In this document: piece by piece, positions 52,835 through 64,000 of the stretch | Layout of the letters: each line of letters opens with the position of its first letter | Numbering within the stretch: position 1 is the first letter of the stretch | From: Kudoa neothunni | Lineage: Eukaryota; Animalia; Cnidaria | DNA length: 64,000 nt | Assembly: GCA_964304625.1 (NCBI GenBank) | Contig: OZ199838.1 | Location: 5,468,178-5,532,177 of the forward strand | Reading direction: 5' to 3' | Translations under genes and position numbers: made by a program | Notes under the pieces: generated by a model | The model's database searches: none | What the model was told of the DNA's origin: nothing | What the model saw: only the letters and a program-made list of their open reading frames with translations

Positions 52835-55800
52835 TAAAATGTACGACCACGCGACAAACAAGGTATGTGGTAGAAAATATCCAATTAATTATCGCCAGGA
52901 TTTTGTCAGAATTTAATGTATTAATAAAATTTGATATAAATTAAATATTGATTGATTTAACAATCTGCCCATCCTTATAAATCTGTTAGACAAATTTTTA
53001 ACATTATGGCATTAGTCCGTGAAGAAAATTGGATGACTATCTGAACACCCAACGTTTATGTCACCCAAGAAAGACAATTATTAAATTTAATGTGATTTCT
53101 CTTCGAGAAAATGTTACATTACCTTCGTTGCTTAACAGCCTTCTAGTTAGCCATGATATCTTTGAAGATATCCCCACAGATATTACCGACGAGAAATTGT
53201 TGTTCATTCAAAAAATAGCTCACTCAACAACACATCAATGATTCAACAAATTGTATTATTGTTATTAAGGTTATTATCGGCATAGAAATCCGATTAATTA
53301 ATGTTTTCGAGCTGAAACAACATTTCCCGACTAAAAAACAATAACTAGCGCGATCACATCGATTCAATATCGTTTATCACTTCAATAGTTATGGTTGTAT
53401 TTGAATTGTAAATTTCTCTCAATCCATATAATTTCGTTAATGAGTACGCTATTCATACGCTAATCCAATCAGCAATTAAACCTTGATTTTACGATCTGTT
53501 CAAAATATAAAATCATTTAAATGAATTATTACTCCCTTCAGAAACAATATTAAAAGTTTAAAAATTAACTAAAGTTCGAATATAATTGTGTGCTTTTAAT
53601 TTCAAATACATGTCATTGAAAAATCAGCAGCACAAATTGATACACACATTTATTAAATGGTTCTACCAATGTAAAAAGATATTTTTCATACCATCGTAAC
53701 TTTAAACCACTATTTCCACCCATAAGCTTATTAAGATAACTAAAATACGGGTGAATAGATTAGTACCGGGTTTTGAAAATTAGATCGAACTAGTTGACGA
53801 TAACTCTCGAATTGTTTATAATTCTAAGACCGAGCATTCCTAATCTTAAATCTAATGAATATTCACCATGAAGTAAGGAATATTGTTAATGTTTACATGA
53901 AAAAGTTTTTAAAAAATTAATATAACCCCCCTTTGTACTACATTCTAGAAAAATACTCAGGTGTTGATAGGGTATTTTTAGTAGCCTCGATAAAATCGGT
54001 CTTAAACCCTGTAAATTATTACAAAATTAAAGTGGTAGAATTTTCATACATTTATAAAATAAATAAAATTTATTCCTATCCGGTGGTATAAAATGCAGAT
54101 ATAGGACCACGGTAAACAAATTGAATTGGGCGAATTTGATAATGTTAGCGGTTAAAATAAATCCTAAAATTTGTGAAGATGTCTAAATGCAATAAAACCC
54201 TAATATATCCATCATAATATCGAAAAATAACAGACGATGAAAAAACACGGCTTTTAATCTAAAAGTCATTCGGCAAAAATTTTCGGGCCGACTCAGAAGT
54301 AAGAAATTAGACCTGCGTCTCCCCACCGACGGGCGTGAAAATATTTTTGTGGGGTTCGGAAATTTTTGAACGTTTTATGAACCATTCTGATATGTTACGG
54401 AAAATAGTGAGATAATTCGTCAATATGACTCACTTTGAAGTCCAGCCTGCGATGTTACAGGATCTTTTATGTTCAAGCGACGATTAATATCATAAAAATA
54501 CAAAAAACGATGACTAATTATATAAAAATTAATAATAATAATATTTGACGTGTTCTTCAACCGAATAGAATCAGATGGTTTTAATTCCAATCTTGCCTCA
54601 TTTATAATAATGATGTCCTCTGTTTTTGATGTAACCGAATACAATATTGATTACTTTTTAACCGGATTATTTTTTTCGGCTTATAAACCCCGTATGCATG
54701 AAAATCTTTCTTAATGAGGGTTGGATTACTGTGAGTTTCACTTAACGCTATTTTTGACGGAATGAAGAACTAGAGATATTAATTTTTAAGGTCCGTCAAT
54801 TAATTAAATTAGATCTGATAGAATATATTTTAATTTTTGTATTAGAAAAAAGTATATATTAACCGCTTTCAACTTTTAAGGTGAGGAGAAGCTTGATTCA
54901 AAGTTAGTAGCGGTTTAGGATCACATTAGATTTAGAACCCTCCTCCCCAATCTTTCGATTTTTTAGGAAATAAGAAAAAGTTGGCTTAAGACATGCCACC
55001 CTTATAATATTATCGCATTGTAGGAATAAAAATAACAAAGTGCAGTATTTAATGATTTGCCGAATGTTAATTATTAACTCTACCTAAATGATCGCACCAG
55101 GGAAGTCATTCGATAACATATTTTGCAACTAATACAGCTTTATCTTATCATTTATCTTAAAGAGTACAGTACCTTCATTGCACCTTTCTAACTGCATCAA
55201 ATGCGGGGGATTATAATTTTCGATCCATAGAAAAAATGGTGATGTTCCTCAAAGGCCTGCAGAAGAGAAATTTCTATTTTTTGAACAAACTTTTTTCGAA
55301 AATATGAAAATTAAAGTCCACGATTTCTTGGAATTGGCTTATTATTGGTTGGTAGGAATAAAAAGCGTCCACCAATCAGCAATCACTGGCCATTCTTCCC
55401 AAACTATCAGTAATTGATCACATTATCTTCGGGAAGTCTTGTCTGATAGTTTGGAATCTGAGGATATTATTATCAGCGGAGAAAATATAATAGTTGAGAT
55501 TGACGAGTCCAAGTTTGGCAAGGTCAAACATAACCGAGGTCATAATGTAAACGGAGCATAGGTTCTTGACGAAGCTGAATTAACTCCTGAAAGAAAAATG
55601 TTTTTAGTGGAAGTTCCAGATAGGTCAGCTGAGACTTTATCCAACAAATTGAAACATGTTAACCCCTCCATGACCCAAATTTTTTTTCGCTTGAAAAAAA
55701 TATAGTTACTTAATTGTACGTTATTTATTAACTTTATAAAATTGTAAAGGTTTAAGACGCGTTTATCCTTATTCTTTAAGACTAAATAACGTTGTTCATT

Positions 55801-57726
55801 AGAGTGAACATTGGGCGCATGAGCGAAAAAACAATTTATTTTCTCAGAAAATAATTTTTTCCGATTTTGTTCAGTTATTATGATATAAATAGAAACAATT
55901 TCTGTCTTTCATTATACAACATGGGGCGTTACATTTTTTACACACAAATTGTGTATTCCATTGACATAATTAACATCTACTTTTCGAAGAAACTATTTCA
56001 GGGTAAGGCCCAATATTGTCAGACCAGATAGATTTTGCCAAATCGGAATTTTTATTCTTTGGGGTGTAATTTGGAATCGATTTATTCGAGTTATCAATAG
56101 AAGGGCGTCCACACTTCGTTGCTGTAAAGGATTTTTTAAGATATATCAAAATTTCGGTCATAAATTCGGTAAAAGAGAGCGAATCTAATATATCTCTATT
56201 AGAGGTGAGCTTTTCTTTTAAATTTAAGCGGTAAATGAGCATAGCGTTGACTATAGCTGTATTCAATCCCCAGAAGAATATCCGCATATAATATTTGCGG
56301 CTTTTATGATTTAATTTATACAGCACCATCAACATGTCGCTAGGTCAATTCCACTCCTATTTTTGTTGCATTCGGCTATAACATGCGGACAAGGAATTGA
56401 CAATAATTTCTTCAATTTTCGATCAAATCTCTTCATTCTGCCGATAAGTTCTAGCGATGAATGCGTCAAAGATAAAGTAACGATGGAGCTATCACATCAT
56501 TGGGTAACGGCGATATCTTTGTTGACATCGTGATAACTTTCATAGGATCCACGCTCTTTTTTAATCCCTTTTGCGGAGTAAGAGGACAATCTTTGATCCT
56601 ATTTCTCCGAATGACCCAACGGAATATATGTTTCTCTTCTTCAAATATAGCTGTAAGTCTATAGATGTAAAGAAGTTGTCAAAGTACAATAAGAAAGTTT
56701 CACAAGTTGGAGGAGTCTCCGACAATTTGATGACAAAGTCGCCTGAAACAAAACCACAGATACGGTTAACGACAGGAGGTTTTTCACCGTAAAAGTGGAA
56801 ATCGTACATTATACCGCTAACGCCACAATTGGCAAACACTTTAAATCTCCATTTGTTGGGATTTTTGGAAGATATTGTTTAGATTTGCATTTTCCCTTAA
56901 AAGTGATCATCTGTTCGTCAACAGAGTGATATCTTCCTGGTTTTACCTTCCAGCAGACAGATCACAAATGTTCTAAGAATGGCCTAATTTTGGCAAATCT
57001 ACCATATCCTGGAAAATTGGCATCAACTATAATGTTTTGGTTGTTGTGAAAATGGAGATATCGTAATAGTTTTTCAAAACGATTTCTTGAAAAACAGTCA
57101 GATACTTTTGGATAGTTCAAAGATTTGCTCCAATAAGAACGATAACGAGGCATTTTAACAATACCCATTAGGATTAACACTCCAAGAAACTTCTCCATTC
57201 CAGAGAAATCTGTTATAAAATTGTTTCCGCATTGGGTTACATATAAGTTTGATTCATTACATATTAGTCCAATCAGTTGCTGACTAAAGAACAGCTTGAA
57301 ACAATCATACGGACGATGTAATCCAACAGAGATTTCTAAATCTTGTTCAAGTATAACTTCATCCGGTAATTTTAACCAGCGTCCTTTTATAAACCATTTG
57401 AAAGTTGAATCCATAACATCAGCTTCAGAATCATCAGAACTATCTGACGAATCTTAGTCAACAACCGAAGTTTGTGATACATAGTCATCTTCAGAAGATA
57501 TATCAAGCTCTGAAACATCAACATCTAGTATCACAACTATTTCAGTGATGATCTGACCATTTGGTAGCTTTGAAATATTCAAATCGTGATCCGTCCCCCT
57601 CAACGTGATTTTTGGACATGTGCCCAATGTTCACCCTAGTGAACACGTGATTTTGTGTGTTTAACCTTTTATATTTTGATAATTTGAATTTTTACATGTA
57701 ATATATATTATCTTAATGCCTTTAAA

Positions 57727-58842
57727 GAACCACATTTGATATACGCCCCCTTTAAGTCTCGTTCCAATGAGAATTAATATGGCATATTGAGCATTAAATT
57801 AATCATCATAGTGCGGCCTGTTTAATCCATCACGATTCCTCCAATGAGTGCTCTAGAATATATATTTGAGAATGAAGAGAATTCTGTCAAATATTTAATT
57901 GAAAATAATGTTTTCAGGCATAAAATATATGTGCCCATTGCAATTATGATAATTTTACGCAACACAGGGAAAACTGGAGATGCTGCAGGAAGAAGTGTAG
58001 AAAAGAAATTTCAATGTTGGAAAAAACATTTTTCAAACACACCAAACTAAAAATTAATGCAATACTCAAATTATCTTATTATTGGCTAGTTGGCGTGAAG
58101 ACAGTTGATTTGATAAAAATTACTGGTCATTCATCCCAAACAATCACAAATTACTCTCATTATTTTAGACAAATAATTGGTGGCAGTCTAGATTTCGAAG
58201 ATATCATCATTGGTGGGGAAAATATAATCGTCGAAATCGATGAATCAAAGTTTGGAAAGCGTAAATACAACCGAGGTCATGACGTTAATGGAGCATGGGT
58301 ACTTGGTGGTGTAGACAGGACACCCGAAAGAAAATTGTTCCTTATTGAAGTTCCCGATAGAACGGCAGAAACATTAATAGAAATAATAAAAACTCACGTA
58401 AAGCCATATTCAATTATAATAACCGATTGTTTCAAGAATTATTCTACATTGCATAACTTCTATCAGCATTTAATAGTTAACCATAGCATTAAATATGTTG
58501 ATAGTACTACTGGATCACATACAAACACAATTGAAGGTACGTGGGGTGCTATAAAGTACAAAATTTCACCTAGAAATAGAACATCTTTAGTACAAGATGA
58601 TGGCTCTGTTTCTATGGATGGAACCAACGAATCCCTGGCAGAATTTCAGTGGAGGAGAGAAAACTGTAATGATCTCTGGAATGGTTTCATCTGTGCACTT
58701 CAAATCGTGATGTATGACATCGTATTAGAATAACTATAGACTATTACATACATATCGTTATTATTAAATATAATCTTGTTTATTACAAAATAAATCTCTT
58801 TTCGAACGGGGCTTAAAGGGGGACGTATATCAAATTTCAGCC
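57727..58842 (+). mobile_element. Merlin transposon, inner element
   Basis: Perfect 8-bp TSD CCTTTAAA; TIR core ATTTGATATACG(T)CCCCCTTTAAG. Confidence 0.93.
57844..58733 (+). pseudogene. Merlin/IS1016-type DDE transposase with one frameshift
   Basis: Zn-ribbon CAHC..WRCCRKKC, VEIDESKFGKRKYNRG, WVLGG, IITDCFKNY, HTNTIEGTW; single frameshift near 57928. Confidence 0.88.
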
Positions 58843-59711
58843 CCTTTAAATACAACATATATATTTTTTTGATTCTATTGCTTTAAATTATGCTATTTTT
58901 TAGGGCAAAAATTATGCAATTTTAAAAATGCGAAGTAACGAAAAGTTTCACTCTACAAAAAATTGTATATTGCATTATCTGTTAAAAAAATTACGTAAGT
59001 GAGAACTTTTAAATATCTTGTACTGAATAAAATATGATAATTGTTAAATACTTAAACTGCCAAAATAAGTCGTTGTTCATCCTAGTGGACATTGGGCATG
59101 AAAGGGTTAAACCCGGATCTGTCACAATAACTGATTGTTTCAAAAGTTATGGAACACTCCACAATTTCTATATTCATCTCACTGTAAATTATAGTATAGA
59201 ATATGTGGATAGCATCACAGGATCACATACGATCGCCATAGAAAGTACTTGGGGAGCCATCAAATACAAAATAGCACCAAGAAACAGAACGTCTTCGGTT
59301 ATTGAAGATGGTTCTGTCATCATGGGTGGCGTCAATAAATTCCTTGGCGAGTTTAAATGAAGGAGAAAAAACAAATCGAATTTATGGGGTGGTTTTATAT
59401 CTTCATTAAAAAAATTTAGTTGCCAATTACTTAAATTAGTGTTTTTATTGTTTTTGATAAAATTTTCTGTTGCTGTGATAATGCTTTGTTATGTCGGATT
59501 GGAGGGGGGCTTATATCAAAGTTCAGCCACGGTTTAAGTTAAAAGATCAATACTTTTAAAAAAGATGAGACACGGAACTTGTTTTCAAGAAAAAGAGGAG
59601 TGCGATAGATAAAGGTTTGGAAAACACTGATCCAAACCCAAGGTTTATCATCAAATTCTAATAATACACTGGTGTTCGTAATTTCGTGTTAATGAAAACC
59701 TTAATGCACCG

Positions 59712-60215
59712 TTTTTTTTGTTTTTTTTACCAGGTAAAACCCCTGGCGCAACTTATTAGGCTGTGGAATTCTGGTTGGTCAGACCCTCTTCCATTAACGC
59801 TTTAAACACTGCTGGACGTAACATGAAACCCCGTCGCTTATCTTCATGCGGTAGTGCGGGACTTAAACCCATTAAACATCCTCGTCTGAGGGCGACCACC
59901 ACCCCAAACATACCCTGGACTAACCCAGAATTAGTCTGGGAAAGTCGTCTGAACGCGGGTGTCGGTTCTACAGAAACCCCCTACTTTGTTTTATTTCGTT
60001 ACCGTATTCCGACGTTTATGGGCGCCCGAGTTCTACCCTTCCATCAGGCTCCCCTCCCAGCTGCAAGCAAGACCACGATAAATCGTAGATCCTTGAGATT
60101 ACTACAGCCTTCCTGACTGCTTAATTTCGGCTTAGAAGTACAGGAACAGCCGTGCTATGTTTCGAATGAGCAGCCTTCACGGTACGCGATCTCGACCTAA
60201 AACCACTACGCAATA
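59712..60215 (-). mobile_element. Putative tRNA-derived SINE or structured RNA retroposon
   Basis: GC-rich island; on the minus strand it starts TGCGTAGTGG (A-box-like) ..CATTCGAAAC (B-box-like) and ends with the stem-loop CCAGG-GGTTTTA-CCTGG and an A8-C-A8 tail; no TSD seen. Confidence 0.55.
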
Positions 60216-60703
60216 TTGTCTAGAGTTGTAATTTAATGTGGAACCATTGGGTCTGTAATGACGTGCCACAATACTGGATATTATAAGAAAGGCAGGTGAC
60301 CGACATTATATGAGCCATGGTACCATTATTATGAGTGTTCCTTGTGGCCATAACGCAAATATCGTGATAAAATGCGTTGTTGGTGCAAAATTTCTAAACG
60401 TACATTAAAATTGAAATTTTATTCTCCTGCGAGTAATAAAAAATTATTAAAACATTTTATACATCCATTATTTCGTAAAAAAATAATAAAATTGAATATA
60501 ATTTTAGCTTTAACATAGCAATTTATATGCGCCCAACATTGGCGTCTTTTTCCGAGTGCAAATACTCAGTAATGAACATATGGCAACTCATTCTTATAAT
60601 TAAACACTTAATATGAACACGATAATTATTGCCGCAAGCTCTTCCATGAGTATTTGTTGTTAATATAATCTGTACAGTTATGACAGCGCAAAAACCATAG
60701 TTA

Positions 60704-60715
60704 TGCGCATGCCCA
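60704..60715. promoter_or_regulatory. NRF1-like motif upstream of PSMD1
   Basis: TGCGCATGCCCA ~30 bp before the inferred ATG at 60745. Confidence 0.35.
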
Positions 60716-60744
60716 TTACACCAACAATTTTAGCACAGGAATAA

Positions 60745-63700
60745 ATGGTTAGTCAGTTGCCCCAGCCAGTCTATCTTAGTGTAACTGATGGGCTGGTGAA
60801 AATGCTTTCAAGTTGCGACGAAGGAAAAATGGTAGTGTTTTGCATGGTAGGATGTTCCAATTAGGATTACACCTGTTTAGCTGCATGCACTCAAACGTTT
60901 GCATGATTTGGTTGATGTTCATTCGCATGACATGGAAAACTATCTCACGCTAGTGTAATTAAGGCATTAGTTAACAATTGGTAATAGTAATTTGACGATT
61001 GTAGTGAAAAGGTTTCCAACGATTTCAACTTCAAACATAGAGAGCTTGCCAAACTGCTGCTTGCTAGGGTGATTATTACGTGATGAATTTGTTCGATTAT
61101 TATAATTTTACATAGATATATTTTTATAACGGTGATCACACGGCAGCATTAAAGACTGCATTAACAATACCATCAATTTTTCAGAAAAGTCTCCACACTG
61201 AATTCACTGAGCATCTTATTGGTTTGTTATTGATATTTCATTATCCCTATCTTAATTTATGTGTGTGTAGGTGAAATGATTGATGTGATATCAACAACCA
61301 CTCGACTAGATACAACAGTCAATCCCAGCGATGCGAAATTTGATCTTCAAGATCTAGGTTTGTTAACTATCGCATTCTACTATTTTATATTATCACATTA
61401 AGACGAAGAAAGTCCTGGTGCTAATTCTTTTGAGCCTGAGGAAATTTCACGGATGGCAAATATTATTTTTAACGTTGTAAATGATTGTGGTTTGTCTTAC
61501 GATGAAAAGCAGGTAGGATTTGTGTCATTTGTCTGAATTATCGATTAAATGCCTATAATACAGGCTATTGGAATTGCGTTAGAATTGCAAAATATCGATA
61601 TACTGGAACGAATTATTGAAAGACAAGTATATTGGTTGTTGTCACTTATTATTCGCCTAACGTTTTTCTTGTAGGCTGATCCAAAGGCTATAATTCGTTA
61701 TATGGTTTCTGTGGTTACGAGATATTTCCCCGCCACTGATTTCACTCTCAAGGTAGATTATTTTGTTGAAAATGTCAACCAACATGAAGATCATCCTATT
61801 ATTTATATAATTGTTGTTAATAATTTTAGGTGTATTGTTTAGCGTTGGAAAAGCTATACCAAAATAAGCCTATCGATTATTCCACTTTGATTTTTGTAAT
61901 TTTTATTGTCTTATGAGCCGCATATATTAAATATCGATTGTAGTGTCTGACACGAACAAAACAGGCTGCGAAAATTGCAGAAGTTTTAATTCAGTTGGCC
62001 GTTAATGATGAGGTGATTGCATAAACTACTTTTTGTTTTAATTTCAATATCATCGCCGGTCTGAATATCTTCGGTTTTTATAGGAGTGATGCTTAAATTA
62101 TTTCTATCTAACAGTTTACTTTCGTTGCGTTAAAAAAATGATAGGTAACATACTAAATAGATATTTTCTAACTAATTAACTCAAAGTATCCAAATTTAAT
62201 TTATGTTTGCATTTGCTTGCGTACGTCTAATCTCCATAGTCAATTTTAAGATTTTGATTTATGGAACGCATCAGAGAATGATTATAAGGTCATATGCACA
62301 GTTATTTATAAAAAAATTATACTCTTCTTGTATGTAATTAAAATGCTTGATGATTCGAAAATTAGTGCAATAAGATTGTAGGCGATATTAGGCGCATTTA
62401 GATGCTTATATATTTAAATTACTTTGTAAATGCTTATCTAGCTACATACTTCATGAGGACGAACGAATTTTTTGATAATTGAGTATGCCGACAATAAATA
62501 CAGAAATGTAGTTCCGTATTTATTTTATTGGAGTACCATTTAACATATTTTTAACTATTTGAATTTATAAATATCAAAATGAATAAAATTCGATAATACA
62601 GACATGTAGACCGTTACTTTTTAATGTGTTTAAATGGCGTTGATTTTGGATCATTACGTGGGATCTGCTTACATTTTAATTAAGGGCACTGCTGACAGCT
62701 GCTGTATTGCAACCCAGCTTTGTTTTGATCTCTACGAAAACGCTATGCCTAGACTGATCGAAGAAATACTAGTCCGAATAAAGTATTGTGGATTTTACCG
62801 CGAAGGAAAACGTATTACGTTTGAGAGTTCCACCAAAAAGAAAGTGAAAAGCCCATCGGATAGACCTGCCTACACATCTGTAGTTTTGGAGCCATGCTCT
62901 GATGTACCTCCTGTATTCAACGAGGCTGAATTGGTAGGATCTGAGGAGTTTAATGCGTTATCGGTTGAGGAACAACAACAACGCCTAGATGAGTCACGGC
63001 AGCAAGCCAAAAATGCGCGACTCAAATACATCTACGAAAAGCTGACCAAATTTATAATTGTTCTTCGAGGAAAGGCCACCGTCAGATTATGGTTTGAATA
63101 CATTATCAAGACAATGCGAAGTGATTCGCTTACGTTGCGTCTTCTTAGAGTATTAATTATTATATTTTCCTGAGAGTCGCATCATTCGTTTCTAATCGAT
63201 TCAAAAATGTTAGAATTCTGTTAAATCTTCTGTCTCAATGACTGCAGTGATATTTGCAAATGGTATAATGCATTGTGGTACCACTGGAGATTCTTTTGCG
63301 AGGTGAGTTTTTTAAGTTTTTTGATTAATTTATCCATTTATTTAATGTTTTATTCTATATAGGGAGAATGCCGAGTGGTTCGTTAAGTGCAGCAACTGGT
63401 CCAAGTTCGCCTATGTTGTCAGTTTTGGTCTTATTCATGCTGTATGTGTGTGTTTATCTTTTAACATCACATCGTAGATTACATTTTTGGTATTGATTTG
63501 TGATTTAATAGGGTAATAATGCCGAAGGGATGCGAGTTCTAGGCTCATTCCTACCTAAGAATAGTGGTGGGAATGCTGATAGAAAGTATGAAGAAAGTGG
63601 AGCTTTGTGTGCTCTTGGTAATCTATATTATTTTGGCGTGTTAATGCGTGTTGTATATGGACCAGGCAGGGTACGTCAAATGCGGTTATTTAATAAATTT

Positions 63701-64000
63701 TTGAGGAGTTTAATGATTCCCAGAAATCTTATCTAAAAATATTTCAGATTCTAGTGTTTTGGTTTTATTAAAAATAATACTCATTAATAGCACCGTTTTA
63801 ATGTATTTGAATCATTTAGATTTAAACTTGTGCTAAATTAAACTCACAACTTTTTGCAGCTATTTTCGCCGAATGAAATTTAATTTGAAATTCTCATGAT
63901 TTGTTGAGCGATTCAGTTAATATTTCATAGCTTGTAATTAAAACATTTTTATAATTATAATTAGAACAGTGAGATATACCAGGGGTGCACAAACTCCGGC
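60745..64000 (+). CDS. PSMD1: 26S proteasome regulatory subunit RPN2/PSMD1, 5' part (runs off the window)
   Basis: Spliced: LHALKRLHDLVD, LAKLLLARIYFY, QAIGIALE, QLCFDLYENA, TAVIFANGIMHCGTTGDSFARENAEWFVKCSNWSKF..GLIH, YEESGALCALG. Confidence 0.92.
63980..64000 (+). repeat. Start of a hAT-like element within a PSMD1 intron
   Basis: CAGGGGTGCACAAACTCCGGC at the window edge. Confidence 0.45.

Larger units (their letters stand above)
55663..59106 (-). mobile_element. piggyBac (PGBD2/3-like), decayed, nested in Merlin
   Basis: TTAA 55659-55662 and 59107-59110; TIR CCCCTCCATGACCCAA / TTGGGCATGAAAGGG; transposase fragments ~55900-57620 (ESNLY, SRNRFEKL, YFDNFFTS). Confidence 0.92.
54918..59528 (+). 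mobile_element. Merlin (IS1016-like) transposon, outer element, split by a piggyBac
   Basis: 8-bp TSD GCGGTTTA/ACGGTTTA; imperfect TIRs; VEIDESKFGK before 55660 continues as KHVKPGSVTITDCFKSY after 59110. Confidence 0.88.

Noticed and set aside
53029-53400. Possible gene upstream of CDC50 paralog 2
   Set aside because: Coding-like composition, but no long frame on either strand and no recognisable homology, so it cannot be supported.
57915-57935. Programmed -1 frameshift in the Merlin transposase
   Set aside because: No X XXY YYZ slippery heptamer or downstream structure is evident; a 1-bp deletion or sequencing error is simpler.
59915-59940. Telomerase RNA template (CTAACCC)
   Set aside because: Only 7 nt match, they are partly inside a hairpin, and the surrounding element has a retroposon-like A tail on the opposite strand.
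59763-60116. 117-aa ORF as a protein-coding gene
   Set aside because: GTG start, no recognisable motif, and explained by the high GC content of the SINE-like element.
1-64000. Prokaryotic systems (CRISPR arrays, operons, IS elements) or non-canonical introns
   Set aside because: No repeat-spacer arrays are present. The IS630- and IS1016-like proteins are eukaryotic Tc1 and Merlin elements. All host introns that could be traced are GT-AG.

Overview
AT-rich eukaryotic nuclear DNA, probably from a fast-evolving animal. A myxozoan-like parasite is a guess based on the very divergent housekeeping proteins, introns of mostly ~40-70 nt and the transposon spectrum. Compact islands of intron-rich host genes (SAR1, CCT8, TTC7-like, DPH5, two divergent CDC50/TMEM30 paralogs, and the 5' part of PSMD1/RPN2) sit among deeply nested DNA transposons. 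These are at least 5 transposase-bearing piggyBacs plus MITEs, 2 Merlin/IS1016-like, 2 Tc1/IS630-like, 3 pogo/Tigger, 2 MULE, hAT MITEs and 4 non-autonomous Helitron-like copies. The most notable observations are: (1) a 122-bp TG...CA solo LTR with a 4-bp TSD that carries a tRNA-like Pol III cassette, with its empty site visible in a paralogous copy within the window; (2) two divergent piggyBacs with a TAA at the same codon, which separates the acidic N-terminus from the catalytic core (intact in one copy); (3) a GC-rich, structured SINE-like element; (4) a Merlin>piggyBac>Merlin nest in which both Merlins have the same asymmetric ends; (5) a candidate orphan secreted-protein gene broken by hAT MITEs. 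Exon boundaries were read by eye and are approximate.
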